DNA from: Tubiluchus corallicola
Lineage: Eukaryota; Animalia; Priapulida
Direction of reading: 5' to 3'
DNA: 64,000 bases
NCBI GenBank assembly: GCA_030141605.1
Contig: JAQGDQ010000416.1
Coordinates: 62,001 to 126,000 of the forward strand
The stretch's first letter is position 1, and each line of letters starts with the position of its first letter. Position numbers and translations under genes: made by a program. Shown here piece by piece: positions 1 through 13,581 of the stretch. The notes beneath the pieces are model-generated. The model searched no databases and was not told the origin of the DNA. It saw only the letters and a program-made list of their open reading frames with translations.

Positions 1-1871
1 GGTCAAAACGCACACATAACCATCTGGAAACCTGATTGATATATCAATATCAATTTCATATTGCATAGGAACTATAGCAACTACTTGCCGAAAAAAAGCC
101 GGGCAACGGGTGATCGTTTCGCAATGTCAGTGTTAACTTCAGCACAATTATTGACTCGCATGAAAGAGTTCTTTGTGCAACTAAACTTTACATAATTGAG
201 TGTCATTGATATTTTTCAAGAGCATACTTCAAAGCCATTTTGCTTGAGTCGACACTTGAAGCTGAATAGTTAACATTCGACGTGTGTCAGATATTTTACC
301 ATTAGATGAGAATTCTGAAGTTAAAAAATAAACTCAAACTTCTTTGTTAAAATTTTAAGCAAGAATGCCTACTAAAAATAATTCTAAATTTAACTTTCTC
401 CTGAATTTGCAACAATAATCTATAAGTCTACTGACGTTATCTGCTTAAAGTTTAATTAAATTTTAAGAATTGGATATTAGCAATATAAAAAAAACAATTA
501 AAAAGTCAACTTGCGCGAACAATTTTTGAGCAACCATTATCACAAAATTAAAGACCGCAACAAAACTTTAAACAGAAGTATTTTAACTAGAGCACAAAAT
601 TATAGGCAAGGCAGGTAGGTGAGTTCATCACTACCAGGGAAACTAACCAAGTTTGCATTACGTTTTACCCTTTTATCACCCAAACCTGCCTCACTTTGGA
701 TTTATCTCATGATAGTCAGCGAATCTTGCCAAAATGAGTGCTTGTTATTGGCTTTGTTATTATTAAATATTGTTATTAGTGGCTTTACAGTCGAACGTAT
801 GATGACAGAAAATAAACAAAATTAAGTGAGTTATATTACAAGGAACAACAAATACGCTTCACTTCCATTTTATACAAAATACAAATAAATACAAATAAAA
901 TTGTAATAAAAAATCCTGATACTTGTAAATAAACATAGAACTTGAAATCTTTCTCCGGATCAAAAAGTCATATGACTTCTTTAACGACCAATCTTTAACT
1001 GTTCTGTCTCCTCGATCTCCGTTTTGGCTTTATTCCAATTTTCCTAGAGCCTATGAGAAGACAAGGAACTTGGTCAGCTGCCGTGTGAGTTGAAACTACG
1101 GTGGTTTGAAAAAGGAAAGCGTGAGCTCACTTGCTCGTTTTATTATGTTATGTTAAATAAACATGAGGATGAAAATACTAGGCTTAGCCAGGTAAATACT
1201 GCTAATAGCCTTTTAACGAACTGTACACTAGTACCGAAGACACCATGTCGGACATACACCCACCATCCATTGTGTAGTTTCAAAGCTTGTTTGACAAGAG
1301 AACGCTGTGTTGACAAAGTATGGAGTTTCAAATATAGAGATCTTCTTGATGAGAAGCTATTAACCTTATCCGTGTTTAAGATATGCTAGAACACGTCTCA
1401 AAGCACGCAGTGGAATACAATGTCAGGAGTTCTTTTCACAGGAACATGAGGACCAGACTCATGCATTCTTTATCAGTAACTAAACATTGAGTTAGCTTTT
1501 GCCGGGAGTGTGAACACAGGTTATAATGCTGGGGCCTCTTATCATCAGTCAAACTTGGTTGGGTTCTGTTTATGAGTATTATAAAGTCATGAAGCATTTG
1601 GCTAATACAGGGAGTATGACAAATTAGTTGTAGTTATTAGTTATTATATAATTTATAGAGAGTACAAGTTGTATTTAACAGGCAAACGATTTTTCCATTT
1701 ACTGTGCTCATTTCAGCGATAGAATGCTATTTAAACCAAAATGGAGCATCAATGCTATTTTATCAATGCGATAGAATGCTATTTAAACCAAAATACCAGC
1801 TAATTGGTAAAAAAAAGCTGTGAAACGACGATCTTGGTAAAATCTGTGAAATACCCTATTAAACACTTCTA

Positions 1872-2270
1872 TTGTGAATTCCTGTAATAGTCAGTTTCAG
1901 CCATATAGTGAGCTCCTACAACAATGAACTTCAGCCATAGTGAGCTCCTGCAACAATGAGCTTCAGCCATATAGTGAGCTCCTGCAACAATGAACTTCAG
2001 TCTTAAGGAACTCCTGCAACGTTGAACTTCTGCCCTAGTGAGCTCCTGCAACAATGAGCTTCTGCTGTAGTCAATTCCTGCTATGATGGACTTCTGCCCT
2101 AGTGAGCTCCTGCAACCATGAGCTTCTGCTGTAGTGAGCTCCTGCAACAATGAACTTCTGCCCTAATGCCCTAATGTGCTCCTGCAAAAGTGAGCTTTGG
2201 CCTTAGTGAGCTCCTGCAATAATGAGCTTCTCTGCTCTGATGAGTTCGTGCGATTGTAAGCTCCTGCATG
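1872..2270. repeat. Minisatellite: 16-bp monomers organised as a 32-bp dimer (AGTGAGCTCCTGCAAC AATGAACTTCAGCCAT)
   Basis: Alternating related 16-mers are directly visible and degenerate toward ~2370. Confidence 0.9.
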
Positions 2271-2810
2271 ATGATTTCAGAAACTGGTTATCTCTCCCTG
2301 ATATTCTCTGGGTGCAATGAAGTCCGAACAGCATTTTCCAGCCTAGTGAATTGTAGCACTAGTGAACTTTGGTTCATAGTGACGTCTGAGCCGGTGACCC
2401 CCTCCCTAATTGGCTGACCCCGGGTTTAGCAAGAGAGAAGCGACACAAAAAGAAATCGAAATGCTGCAAACAAGACCGCCAACGGCTTTTTTGAATGTAT
2501 TGTAAAAGGGAAGATTCAACTAGTAAGTAAAATAGATTACAAGCTAAGAAAATAAGAAAAAAATACCGCATTTTCAGAGTAAATAGCCGTATTTTTCTGT
2601 TGCCTATATGGCTTAAGGAGTTGCTTCATGGTCTGTAAAATGAAATGTGTAAGCAATAAAACACGTAAAGTATTCTACATAGAGCTTAGTTATAATAATT
2701 ATAATTATTAAAATTATTTTGCAGCAAGTCGGATAACAAAAACTGTTACAGACATTTTAAGGAAAAAGTGCATATAGCAGTAAATCATAAATTATTAATA
2801 AAATCTTTCA

Positions 2811-3147
2811 CAGTGCGGGCTTTAAGGCTACGAACCGTGCAGTCTCACAGAGATCCAAAGGGGCCAAAAATTTAGAAAAAGTTACCACTGAACAAGTAAC
2901 ATAATTTTGTTTCTTAAAGAAAGGTCATTGTAAAAATGACTTATGCTACTTACGTTATGTACAGCTGCAATTGGTTTATATAGCTCTTCCGTATTACAAT
3001 CGTCAAATTTGCAATTTATTTTATTGTTGTCTTTGTGGAGGGGGAGAAATTGCACATCCTACGGCATGAGAGGAAATGGCATACTTTGTAAAGGGCCTGT
3101 ACCGTATACTTTTACCCAGGGAACGAAGTACCCTAAAACCGGCACTT
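2811..3147. mobile_element. hAT-type MITE (337 bp)
   Basis: Imperfect TIRs CAGTGCGGGCTTTA / TAAAACCGGCACTT. Perfect 8-bp TSD ATCTTTCA at 2803-2810 and 3148-3155. Confidence 0.8.
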
Positions 3148-4695
3148 ATCTTTCATTTTACCTTTGCCCACCCGATGGCACCACATATTAAGACATAACA
3201 GATGCAGGGTTTCGCTTATTTTTAAGTTATGTCCCGACTTGGAAAAGTGGAGCCGAGTCGGTGTTTTTGAAACTGCTCAAACAACCATCTAAAGCAAAGC
3301 CGGAAAAACTCAGAAAACTTTTAAATTTAAAACAAAGTTAAATTTCCTGCGAACAGGAAGAACTTTATCGTTTGTTGTGTCTTTCATTTTTCACAATACT
3401 AGCTCGTATTAATACTAAAAAGTTTTTTTCCCTTGAGACTGTCGTGATCCGTGTCGTTTTACATCACGAATTTCTCAATTGCATTTTCCCCTTAAAAAAT
3501 TGAAATTGTCCCTGGTTAATTCGTATCGTTTTACATTTGCAGTTCGCCTCATTTCAAATTCCCTGGCTTAGATATGATTTAACCATGATTATATATAAGA
3601 TATGTTCAAACTAGAGATTTACTGTGCACCTCGAATGCATGTTGTTGATTTTAAAATGTTAATTATGTTAAAACTTGTTATTAGGATGTACGTTTACTTA
3701 TATAAACTTGTATTACCTTGTATTGAGGAACATTTTTCTAGGCGAGATTCCTATGTTCCACTGACAAGTACATTTTTCTCTGTTTATAAAGTTATTCTAG
3801 TGTTGATTAGATGATTGCTTGAATGATGAATTGTTTTTGCTTAATGAACTTAACTTAAATCATTGCATTGTTTTTATAGTCGCACTGTCATAATTTAAAA
3901 TGTTTTGATTTGACTTTGCAGAAAGCGAGTTAACTTAATTTGCAGACTGTGATATTTGCTAAATGTAAATTTATTTTCTTGTCAGCTTTATTTATTTTGT
4001 TCATTTTTTTTAAATTTATTGTTCTTTATTGCTAAATTGTTAAGCCATGTGATTGTTTGTTATTTATTTGTTCTTGTTTTTGTTTATATTCTTCAGTATT
4101 TACGGTGCCACTGATATTACAAATCAGAACTGATTGGGACAAAAAGGAATCATGAAAATAATACGGTTAATAAATTTATTTCCTTTACATAGGCAACGTA
4201 CCCAGTTCATGGGCGAACTTTCCTACTTTGCTTACCGTACATGTTTATCTCATCGGAAATTATGGTGCTTGGTAATTAGGCCTGTTCAATTGATTTTAAA
4301 TTGCTTTAAGCTGCATTTTCCCCGCAAACCAATTGAGGTGAAATTTAACCAACTGTATTAAAATTTTGGTAGAACGATTAGTTAAAAAACCCAGGTTTAA
4401 AACAGATAAAACTTCCAGCAATTCGTTAATTAAAGTAAGTCTCGAGCTAAAAATTTATTTTGATTAAATTAATATGTTGTTTGATTGCACGAAAGTAAGA
4501 TAACTATAATTTACCTAATGAAATCCGATTTTTGATTTTTTTTCAAACAAACAAACATTATATATAAGAATCTGTACAAAAGCTAGCTGTTGTACAGAAT
4601 GCTTTACGTTCGCAAATCAGATCAAAAAAGTTACGAAATACAAAGCAGTATATACAATATTGCAATATAATATACAAAAAATTAGTTCGAAATTG

Positions 4696-4877
4696 TCAAG
4701 GCAGGTTTGTGATGAGGTATGGGTGTGGTGTATGTAGCATGATGCGGAGTTGTGTGACGTGAGTGGTGTGGTGTAGTTGGTGTGGTGTGGTGTGACGTGG
4801 TGTTACGTGGTGTGGTGAGGTTTGGTGTGGGTTTGTTGTTGGTTTGTGCACAAAATTCTTTTGCGGGATTTAACTAG
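4696..4877 (+). mobile_element. Helitron-like non-autonomous element with (GTGGT)n core, copy 1
   Basis: Ends CAAAATTCTTTTGCGGGATTTAA-CTAG|T (short hairpin, then CTAG). Homologous to the copies at 6957 and 14570. Confidence 0.5.
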
Positions 4878-4939
4878 TAAAGAATTATTTCATTATTTCA
4901 AGCAAGCCTTGTGCGTAGGTTCATGTTTGGCAAAACAAT

Positions 4940-5420
4940 TCTGCGTTTTTCAAGTTGGACATCTGAAATCTGACATGTTAGGAAAGTTATTGTGATTGGT
5001 TAAGCTGTTTGTTTTGTGATAACTACATTAATGTCAAGCTTATGAGGATAATAAATATTGCCACGCGGATTGTGCTGTTTGAGTTTTCAGCGGTAATGTG
5101 ATACTATTCTGGAATCTGAATACTGGGGAGTGTGTTTGTATTATTAGGGTTGTATGTGTCTATAATAATTATCTCGTTGTCATTTTGATCTGATTCTTTC
5201 TTTGTTTATCTTCACGCAATTAATCATCATATGGTGATAAAGCTAACATTGTATCCTCAAAAATTATATTTCTGTAGCGTAATTCTGTTTAGATGCTAGT
5301 ATAATTCGCACAACCTGGTTTCTGAACAAAGTGGTGCAGATTCTTCTAGTTACATTGTATGGAATGTTCTTCTTGGCAGTAAGGATCTGAAATCGAGATA
5401 TTGATGGGTATTACTATTAA
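4940..5420 (-). pseudogene. Possible highly decayed LINE AP-endonuclease fragment
   Basis: Minus-strand patches LCSETRL, IIIIDTYNP and SDFRCP lie in the order of the APE motifs SETWL / I..IY.P / GDFN, with many stops. Confidence 0.3.
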
Positions 5421-6674
5421 GCAACGTACTATAAATAGTGTTTAGCATCAAACTTACTAGGACAGACACAGACAAGGGTTTCGTTAACTTGAAAGTGGAG
5501 GTTTAGCTCTTGTTGTCTTCCAAGCAGGGAGCTGTTTTGGGATTAAGCTTTTTCTGGCTTGAAGAAACTTAAAATCTGGCGTTTTTAACCTTTCTGGGCT
5601 AAAGTACAATGGTATTACTATGGCCACTATAATGTCTCTTTTTTACTGCTAAACAAATTTTAGGAGCAGAAATCTTGTATGACTGAAAAAATAAAAAGAA
5701 TTAACAACTAACTCTCGCCGTACAGGGTGGTTCATAACTTTTTGCTAGGGGAAGAAGTACAGAAAAAACGAGTAATAGATCAATTTATTACATCAAAATT
5801 CTGCCCATGCAATAGTATCTCAAACTTTGGTGTAGAAGGCTCTCTCGTTTAACACAGCCTGCAGCAAGGTGATATAATGCTGTTGAACTTTGATTAATGA
5901 AATGTTTCGTATCATCTTATCGTGCATTCTATTCTACAGGATAACTCTAATACATCTGCTGAATTTCTAGCTATTCAATTAAAATTTAAAAAATTACCCC
6001 AGAGTTTTCAGATCACTGGGTTGATCATACCTCTCAAGACTGCAAGCTGTGCGAGATTCAGGGTTTTCAAGTTAACTTTGTGGGCACGATAGATTCTCTA
6101 TTCTCTTAATATTACATTGATGTAACAATTTGTTCTATACCGTTACTCCTTTTTGTTACCTCTAGCAAAATATTATAAATACAACCCTATATATTTCAAT
6201 ACACTCTCCACGTCTGTAGCGACTAACCTTTGTTTAGTACTTTTATTGACGAACGAAACAATACAATAATTATAGCATGAATTACTGCAGCAGCCCGGAC
6301 AAAGGAAAGGGAGTGCTGTCAGACCACCACGAGGAGGACACTGGCTATTTTATCGACTTTTGCCAATTTATATACTAGTCACGCAGTGGCCAAAAATGTA
6401 ATAATTCATTTTACAAAATTTTTCCACTATTTATTATTATAACTTTTATTCTTACAATTCGCTTTACTTCCATTACAAGCAAACGAGTAACACAATTAAG
6501 TGCTTCGAATCCCGGCAAACTGTTCACCTTGGTGCACATTACCCTGAAGTAACTTTACAAATTATACTTTTTAAGGTGGGTCGTTTTCATAGTACTCGTG
6601 TAATCTGAAGCATGTTAAATATATTTTACTAAACTGTGAATATGTGAATATCCACAGCAGGTTTTTTTTAAACA

Positions 6675-6808
6675 GATGGCTGGCACCCTCTGATGGCTAT
6701 TTTTGTAGCAGCATGCAGTTGAAGAAATTTTCTTGAACACTGATGGCTGGCACCCTCTAGTGGTTGAATTTGTAGTAATATGCAGGGGCAACAAGTTTTC
6801 TTGAATAG
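6675..6808. repeat. Diverged 67-bp tandem duplication
   Basis: GATGGCTGGCACCCTCT at 6675 and 6742 with similar downstream sequence. Confidence 0.75.
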
Positions 6809-6956
6809 TGTTATGAATTAGCTTGACCAGATTTAGGCTGTGGGTGATTGAAAATGGAATTTTATTAACAGTGTGTTATACAGTGGGTGTCTTTGACAGA
6901 CGAAAAAAAGATCAAGACAAACTTTAGCTTATATTTACAATAACAATAATTATTAA

Positions 6957-7072
6957 CTAGCCAAACCCACAAAAGAATTTTGCACATAAATACAATGACA
7001 ACTCATACCACACAACCCACATTACAGCACCTACAACCCCACATCACCACACTACACCGCAACATACCACAA
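6957..7072 (-). mobile_element. Helitron-like element, copy 2 (just downstream of COX stop)
   Basis: Plus strand A-CTAGCCAAACCCACAAAAGAATTTTGC followed by a (CACCA)-like tract. Confidence 0.5.
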
Positions 7073-7226
7073 AATATATTTTGTGTGCTACCAACATATA
7101 TATATATATATATATACATATACATAGTGCACAAAGTATATATGGATAGTATACTGTACACGTTGTCCGGATAGTCTGATTGAAATGATTTTGGACCATA
7201 TACTACAAGTTTCTGTACAAGCGCTG

Positions 7227-7576
7227 CTATAGTTCGTCTTTTTTCGTATTTGGATCTGCTCTGTTCTCTTCTGGAACTTTAAATGACACAAGAGGACACT
7301 CTCCTTTAATGTTCAAGCAAAATAATTTCTCTAAATTTGCAGTTTTTACAATATCGAATCCCACATCTCCGCCAAAAGTTGAAGGCTTCCACCAGCCTGG
7401 ACTGCACAACGGACTGGACATTAACCCTTTCACCGAGAAGGGACCTCCCATTTCTACTATGGTGCCACCGAACATAGCATGCGGTCTTGGCTTTTCCACT
7501 AGCAAACCAATGTAAAACTCAACAGCATCTACGTGTTCGTAAAGTTCTTCTAGTTGTTTTGCCAAATCTATGTCAC
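7227..7576 (-). CDS. PTGS: COX exon 10 (terminal): Ser530 region and KDEL
   Basis: tag|GT GAC ATA..., [12 protein letters not shown]...[26 protein letters not shown]...WKPSTFGG...KKDEL*. Confidence 0.96.
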
Positions 7577-10500
7577 CTACATGAACGCAGAAAAATGCAC
7601 AAATTAAACTTTCATTGCATATTTTTATCAAACAAAATACAGCAAATTAAACCATTCTGTGGCGCCTACAAAAACGTGACAAAAAAAATCAAGAACAACG
7701 TTTCAGCTACTTATAAATAGCTACAGAAGTTATCATCAGGCAATAAACAAACGCTATGTAGAAAGTTCACCAATAAGCCTTTTCACAGTTCCAGCGGTTG
7801 ATGATGATAGTGAAAAGGTCAAAGGCTAAGTGTACCAGACATCCCGTTTATCTACATTTGATAACGCTTCGTACCCATGCTGTTGTAACAGTAATTAAGA
7901 AAAGGGACGAATGCTAGCTATAGAACTTTACCTAGTTCCCAAGCAAGATCCCACACAGTCTAATGTATAGTTAAGTAAAGTCCACGTAAAATAACTGACG
8001 TTACTTAACTGGGCTTTGCTTTACCCATGTCACGCGTGACGGTTGTAGTTAAGACGCGTAGCTGTAGTACAGGTAACCTTTGACCTACAGCAACTGCGCG
8101 TGCGCACAACGAAACTGTGAAAAAGTTTATTATCCAATATAGTTCTGTTTTGTAAACAAAATGATTTTGTTGCTTTTGCTGAATGATAGACTTATACTAG
8201 CAAGAAAAATTAAAGCGTTACTTTTAAATTTTAACGTTATTGTTCGTAGTTAAGAACTGGTTGACGTTTTTCCCTCTTTCTTCCATCGTCAATCCGTGTT
8301 GTAATTAAATAATTGTAATTCGGTGGTTAATAGTAACCTCCTTAGATACCGTTATTGTTTTGCCGTTACAGACTCAAAAAGATTAATCAATAGCGTAATA
8401 ATCTTAATAATAATTTTACATTAAAAGAAAACAAACCTGTTAAATCCAAGAATGAAGTGTATGCAGGAAGTCCAAATCTTTTTCTATACTCATTGAAAGA
8501 CTGTAATCTTAACCTTCTTCCATGTTTGATAGCTTCCACGGCAATGTATAAAGTTGATTCTCCGTGATTATGATGAGACATCTTTAAATAACAGAATTTA
8601 GTAGCTTATTACTTTGTTATATGCACACATGAAGTTAGATAAATGACTTTCTAACTTTCTAATTACTGCTGCGTTGTGTGAAACCCAGAATCTCACTAAT
8701 GATGATTCGTTTCTTTTAAATAAAATTGCTGGTATGGTCTGTTGTGCTCCAGTATCCACACCGGAAGCAAGACCAGATTATCCTATAGGCTAGTGTAGGC
8801 TTTAGTGTAGTGTCAAGCTTTAGGTGCCTCAAGTTTTGGTAGCATTTGATGAAAAATCTGTTTTTCACTACGAATGTGCTGAAATATGTACTAATTTGGT
8901 TTGTATTAAATAATAAAAGAGCGGTACTTCTTCAAAAATATTTTTATTGGCAAACAAAACATAGCTATTCTAATTTCATTAAAGAATTTGTGATAAGTTT
9001 ACTTCAAGCTATGTAAATGTAGCAAAAACATATCATGAGTGAAAAATATTCAAGACAGGTGGGGGTGAGTTAAAGGGCGGCTCCGTCTAAGCGGGGCCCC
9101 ACAGTTTCATTAGATTAGGGTAGGTTAGGGACCCTAAAACGTCATAATCCGGCAGTGACTGGCAGATCTTTTTACGGAAAAAAACAACCAAAAAATCAAA
9201 GTGTATTATAAATTACCCGTATTATAATTATCTTATCTTATCTTTCTTAAACAACGTTTTAATACAAATTTTCAAAATTCTGTTTCGTTATTTCAGTGCA
9301 CAACCGACGTGTTTTTGAAAGTAAGGCGTGCTAGCTTCTCTATTGAAAAGTTTCACAACAAATACTCAAATGGACATGAATTTGTCTTTTGCAAAAGTGA
9401 ATAAACCTGGAAAATTATACAGTTTAGTCAAGCTTTTTAAAAATTATGAGGAAACCAAAGGAAAGTTTAGTTTGTCATAGCACGTATAAACCCATTACTA
9501 TACGTAAATTGCAGTGCTCATTGACCTTAACTATTTTGATGTATCGAAAACGTATACAAGTGATGTGATTCAATGTTGGCTAGGTCTAGCAAGCAATTTA
9601 TACGTTTTTTTGTTTTTTTTCACGTCTTACTAGTTTTACCAGTCAAGTCTTGCTAGGCAAACATCAAAATCTTTCAATGTGATCGTGATTTCATTATTAT
9701 TCCAATTAATTAGATGACCAGCGCAGATTATTTATAACAGAGTGCCAAAGGTGAAACACAAACACAAACACAAAAGCTATAAACAAGCTCTCAGGAAAAA
9801 AGTAACAACAAAAAATACGAAACTAGATAAAATTTCGTACCCGTCTAGCTCTTTGGCGTGACATGGATTCCACAGTAGCAGACATGCCGTGATCAACGAC
9901 AATTTGGCTGTTAAACATGTAATCCTTCATCGGATACGTTTTTTCAGCTATGATGAAATTTTCTGGCAACAGAGGGTGCCAGTGATACAGGTGGTTGAAT
10001 TCAAGAGCGATCCTGTTCTGATACTGATACTGCACATCAAACAGCAATTCTGGATCGAATTTAAGTCTAAAGTTGTATTGACTTAAGTGCTGCACATAAT
10101 CTTCTATCACGATTTTATTGGTTTCTCCTGAAAGAACAATATTATATTAAAACAATATTACTAACACGTTCGGTAAAAATTTAATTGTAAACTTCAACCA
10201 TAGTGCCTTTCACAAGAGTCGTCTGTGGTTGGAATACGTAGTAGGTCAGCTCCATCAGTGGCGTCATAAGCCTCTTTTCAATTTGTCCATACGTTTGGCA
10301 TAAGTTGTAGTTAGAGTGGAACAGCATATAATGTTGAACTATAAGGTGCACAAGGAATAAAAGCAGGGCAATCAGTTCACTCCTATTAGTTCGACAAAAT
10401 CCCTTTAGGAGATTTTTAAACTCTTTTGGATCTCGGAAAATAAACTTCAAACAGAAAGAATTATAACTTCCTTGGAGGGATGGATTGCTTGAATGGGGCA

Positions 10501-13500
10501 AATAATAGAAAAAAGCGTACTGTAGTAGGATGTATACTTCCACTAAGGAAACCAAATTTTAGGAGAACTAATGTATAACATATACGAAATTGTTTTCCGG
10601 TACTTTTAATTATTACCTAAAGAAACAGGTAACATTTACCTGTGCTTCCTAGAAACCGTGCATTTCGTATTGTAAGCATGGCTGTTGGCAAAAACAGGAT
10701 TGCCAGTTTTGTCATGAGCATGGGAGATAAACAAACCATGAAAGGGTTATAATAACAAAAACAACAAGGTCATCATGCTTTTTAAAACTAAAAACTTGAA
10801 AACTGTCAATTCAAAGGTGCAAAATGACAAGACGAAGAAATACTTTAAACTTCAAAAGCTAAAATAATATTGTTCTCCAGCACATAGGAACACACCTAAA
10901 AAGTTAAAGCCTGTTCTTAGAGTAATAGAAAAGCAAAATAATCTGTAGTTCTTTAACGCGGTAAAGAAATTTTCAACTTTTCAGAAAATAGTGTAAGGAA
11001 TTTACACGCCATTCAGGATTTTTTCCCTGTTTGAAGCGTAACATTTAGTTTTAATGTTGCAATTTGTGCTCTTCTCTCACCTAATATAATCAGACGTGCA
11101 GTCTGAAAGAGCCGCTCATCATCCCATTCTGGATGCTCAGTTTTCAACACATCGCACACCCTGTTGTGCTCCCTCATCCAGATTGTACTCCACACGAACA
11201 AGCCCGGAAGTAGACCGTAGAACGGATGTCCGAGTGCGAATTTCCTCGAGTCGGGAAATCCAGGCGGATACGTCATGTCCACATGGAGTTCGTCAACCTT
11301 ACACGGCCAAGCTTCTCCATTAATTGTCTAAGCAGAATTACGAGGATTTAATATTTATAAGCTATTTATATACAAGCCGCCTACAGTGGGGAGAATACTC
11401 TAATGAACGGTCATTACCCAGGAACTACTGTCTGAACCCTGGTTTTCCATGCCTTTAAATTTGGCCACATTCTCGTTTATAAATCTCCCAATGATTACAG
11501 AAATGAATTGCTAACAAAATGGTGAGCAGTCTTTACCTACTTCGCAACAGACCTTTAGGGGTTTATTAACTAACAGGCTAACTATGCTATTGCCAGGGGC
11601 GCCAAAGTTTGAGGGACGTCACATTTTAGAAAAAATTCTTATTTCCTTCGGAAAATGTGTATTCATTATTCATATTTTATAACACATCTCAGGCAGATAC
11701 TGAGTGCCGCTTTTATATGAGTGGCACAAAACGTACAGGTGTAAGATATACAAGCAGTTGCGCATCCTGAGTGAATATAAGCGCTCTGCAAATACATGTA
11801 ATTAGTAATGACCACGTAGAAACAAGGTTAATAGTGTTTCTAATGCATCACAAGTAATTGCGTAATCGCCTCATTACATAAATAACCATAAATTCACTGT
11901 AGAGATGGGCAGCACAGCAATATCGGCCTAGGGCGTCGTTCGTAAAGTCTTGGTACGCCCCTGCAGAACTTAGTTGATAAAAATGTAATTATTGCTTAAA
12001 TCATATTTCACTATTATGTCATGCAGTATGCAACGCACTACTAGTTTATACATAATTTGGTCGTATGATGTATAAAAACATAAGGCAGTCAGTTTTTTTG
12101 TACTTTACCTGTGCTTTGAGACGCTTTTGAGATGTGGTGCACATCAATTTTTTAAAAAAAATATGAATGCGAAAGTAAAAGAAATTGCAAAGGAGAAAAG
12201 GAAGAAAGGCTGAAAATCATTGAGAGGGTGGAAAGTTGAATACTGTGGACACATTTTAAATGGGAATGGAAGCACTCTGCAAAGTAAGGTTTATATTAAT
12301 TCCCCTGTAACATAATGTAAAATCGCTTACCTGTTAACATGGTCTAAAAGCTTTGTTTTACCTGAAGAAGCAGTTAAACTTGTTAGTTTTTGTAACAAAA
12401 GCAACCAGATTCGTGCCACTGGCTTTCAACCTGCGTGACGTAGTTAGACACGGACAGGAAGCTTAGCAACTGTGTAACAAATCATAGCATTTGTAGAAAC
12501 GGTTACTGTATTTATAAATGTACTATAATAGGTGTTCCCTCTTAATTATTTTTTATGCTAAACTTTTATTTACTATTGTTTAGCTGTGGGAACGCAACTC
12601 AGATGCACCTGCTATTCTCTGTAGATCCAGACGACGTAGACGCAGGGCCAGTAACTGTTGGGTGAACTCACTGAAGTAACAGACCATTGTAAGCTCCCCC
12701 CCCCCACGTCTTTTTATGATTTCTTTTTTCATTCCAGTACTTTAGATGATTATTTTAATAATAAATGTAGCAGTAGAAGTGCCTTGCAAACAGCACTTTT
12801 TAATTTTTCAAAACATAATCCCTGTTTAGTTCCTGTTTAAGGCATAGCGGACTCATACAGAGACTGCTAGAAGGGAGAAGAGCTAGAGAAAGACAGAAAG
12901 ACAGCGGAGGACATGATTAGTGACGACAGTGACAGGATAAAGAATACAGAATACCACCTTGGTAACAGTTTAATCAAAGAAATATGGCATCACACGACTT
13001 CCAAGCATGGGGATGACTGACTAACCTGCATTTTCAATTTCCCATTCACAAAGCTTCTTAACTTCAATGTTTTCTCCAGTGTTTCGCCATATATGGAAGA
13101 CATGTCAATCTAGTAAATCAATAAATCAGGATCAAAATTCTTATTACTGAGGAAAATATATTCTCTACAATTTTCACATGCGAACTATTTGAAAAAATTA
13201 TACGGCAGTTCCAAAAGAGATCATGTAAAAACTGAATATTATTTTTCAATGGAAAAAATACTATTTTTCCTTTTTCAAAACAACAACAAGTAGTGCTTGC
13301 TTAATTCGAAAAAACTATTCATTTTTAATCTAGCAACAGTGAAATATTGTTGTAAAATATAGATAAGTTCGATTTTAACCATTTTTAATTTTAATCAATA
13401 TATCATAGTTTCATACGATATATTGAAACTGGCTGCTTCCTTTATACAAGCATGTTGTAAGTTGTTAAAAAATGACATGTAAATAGTGTACAACCCTGCA

Positions 13501-13539
13501 AAATTGCAAATAGTGGGCGCATTTATGTAATTATGTATG

Positions 13540-13581
<42 letters not shown>

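Noticed and set aside
1000-1620. Possible decayed retroelement (IPLRALRRVL, RTPDIVF patches)
   Set aside because: Isolated short patches that do not form a consistent domain.
6749-6763. CTCF-like motifs (also ~19912 and ~24707)
   Set aside because: Imperfect matches of a type common in repeats, unsupported without ChIP data.
10181-10555. 124-aa intronic ORF; another frame has [14 protein letters not shown], faintly transposase-like
   Set aside because: No recognisable domain or splice support, and the motif is too short to assign.
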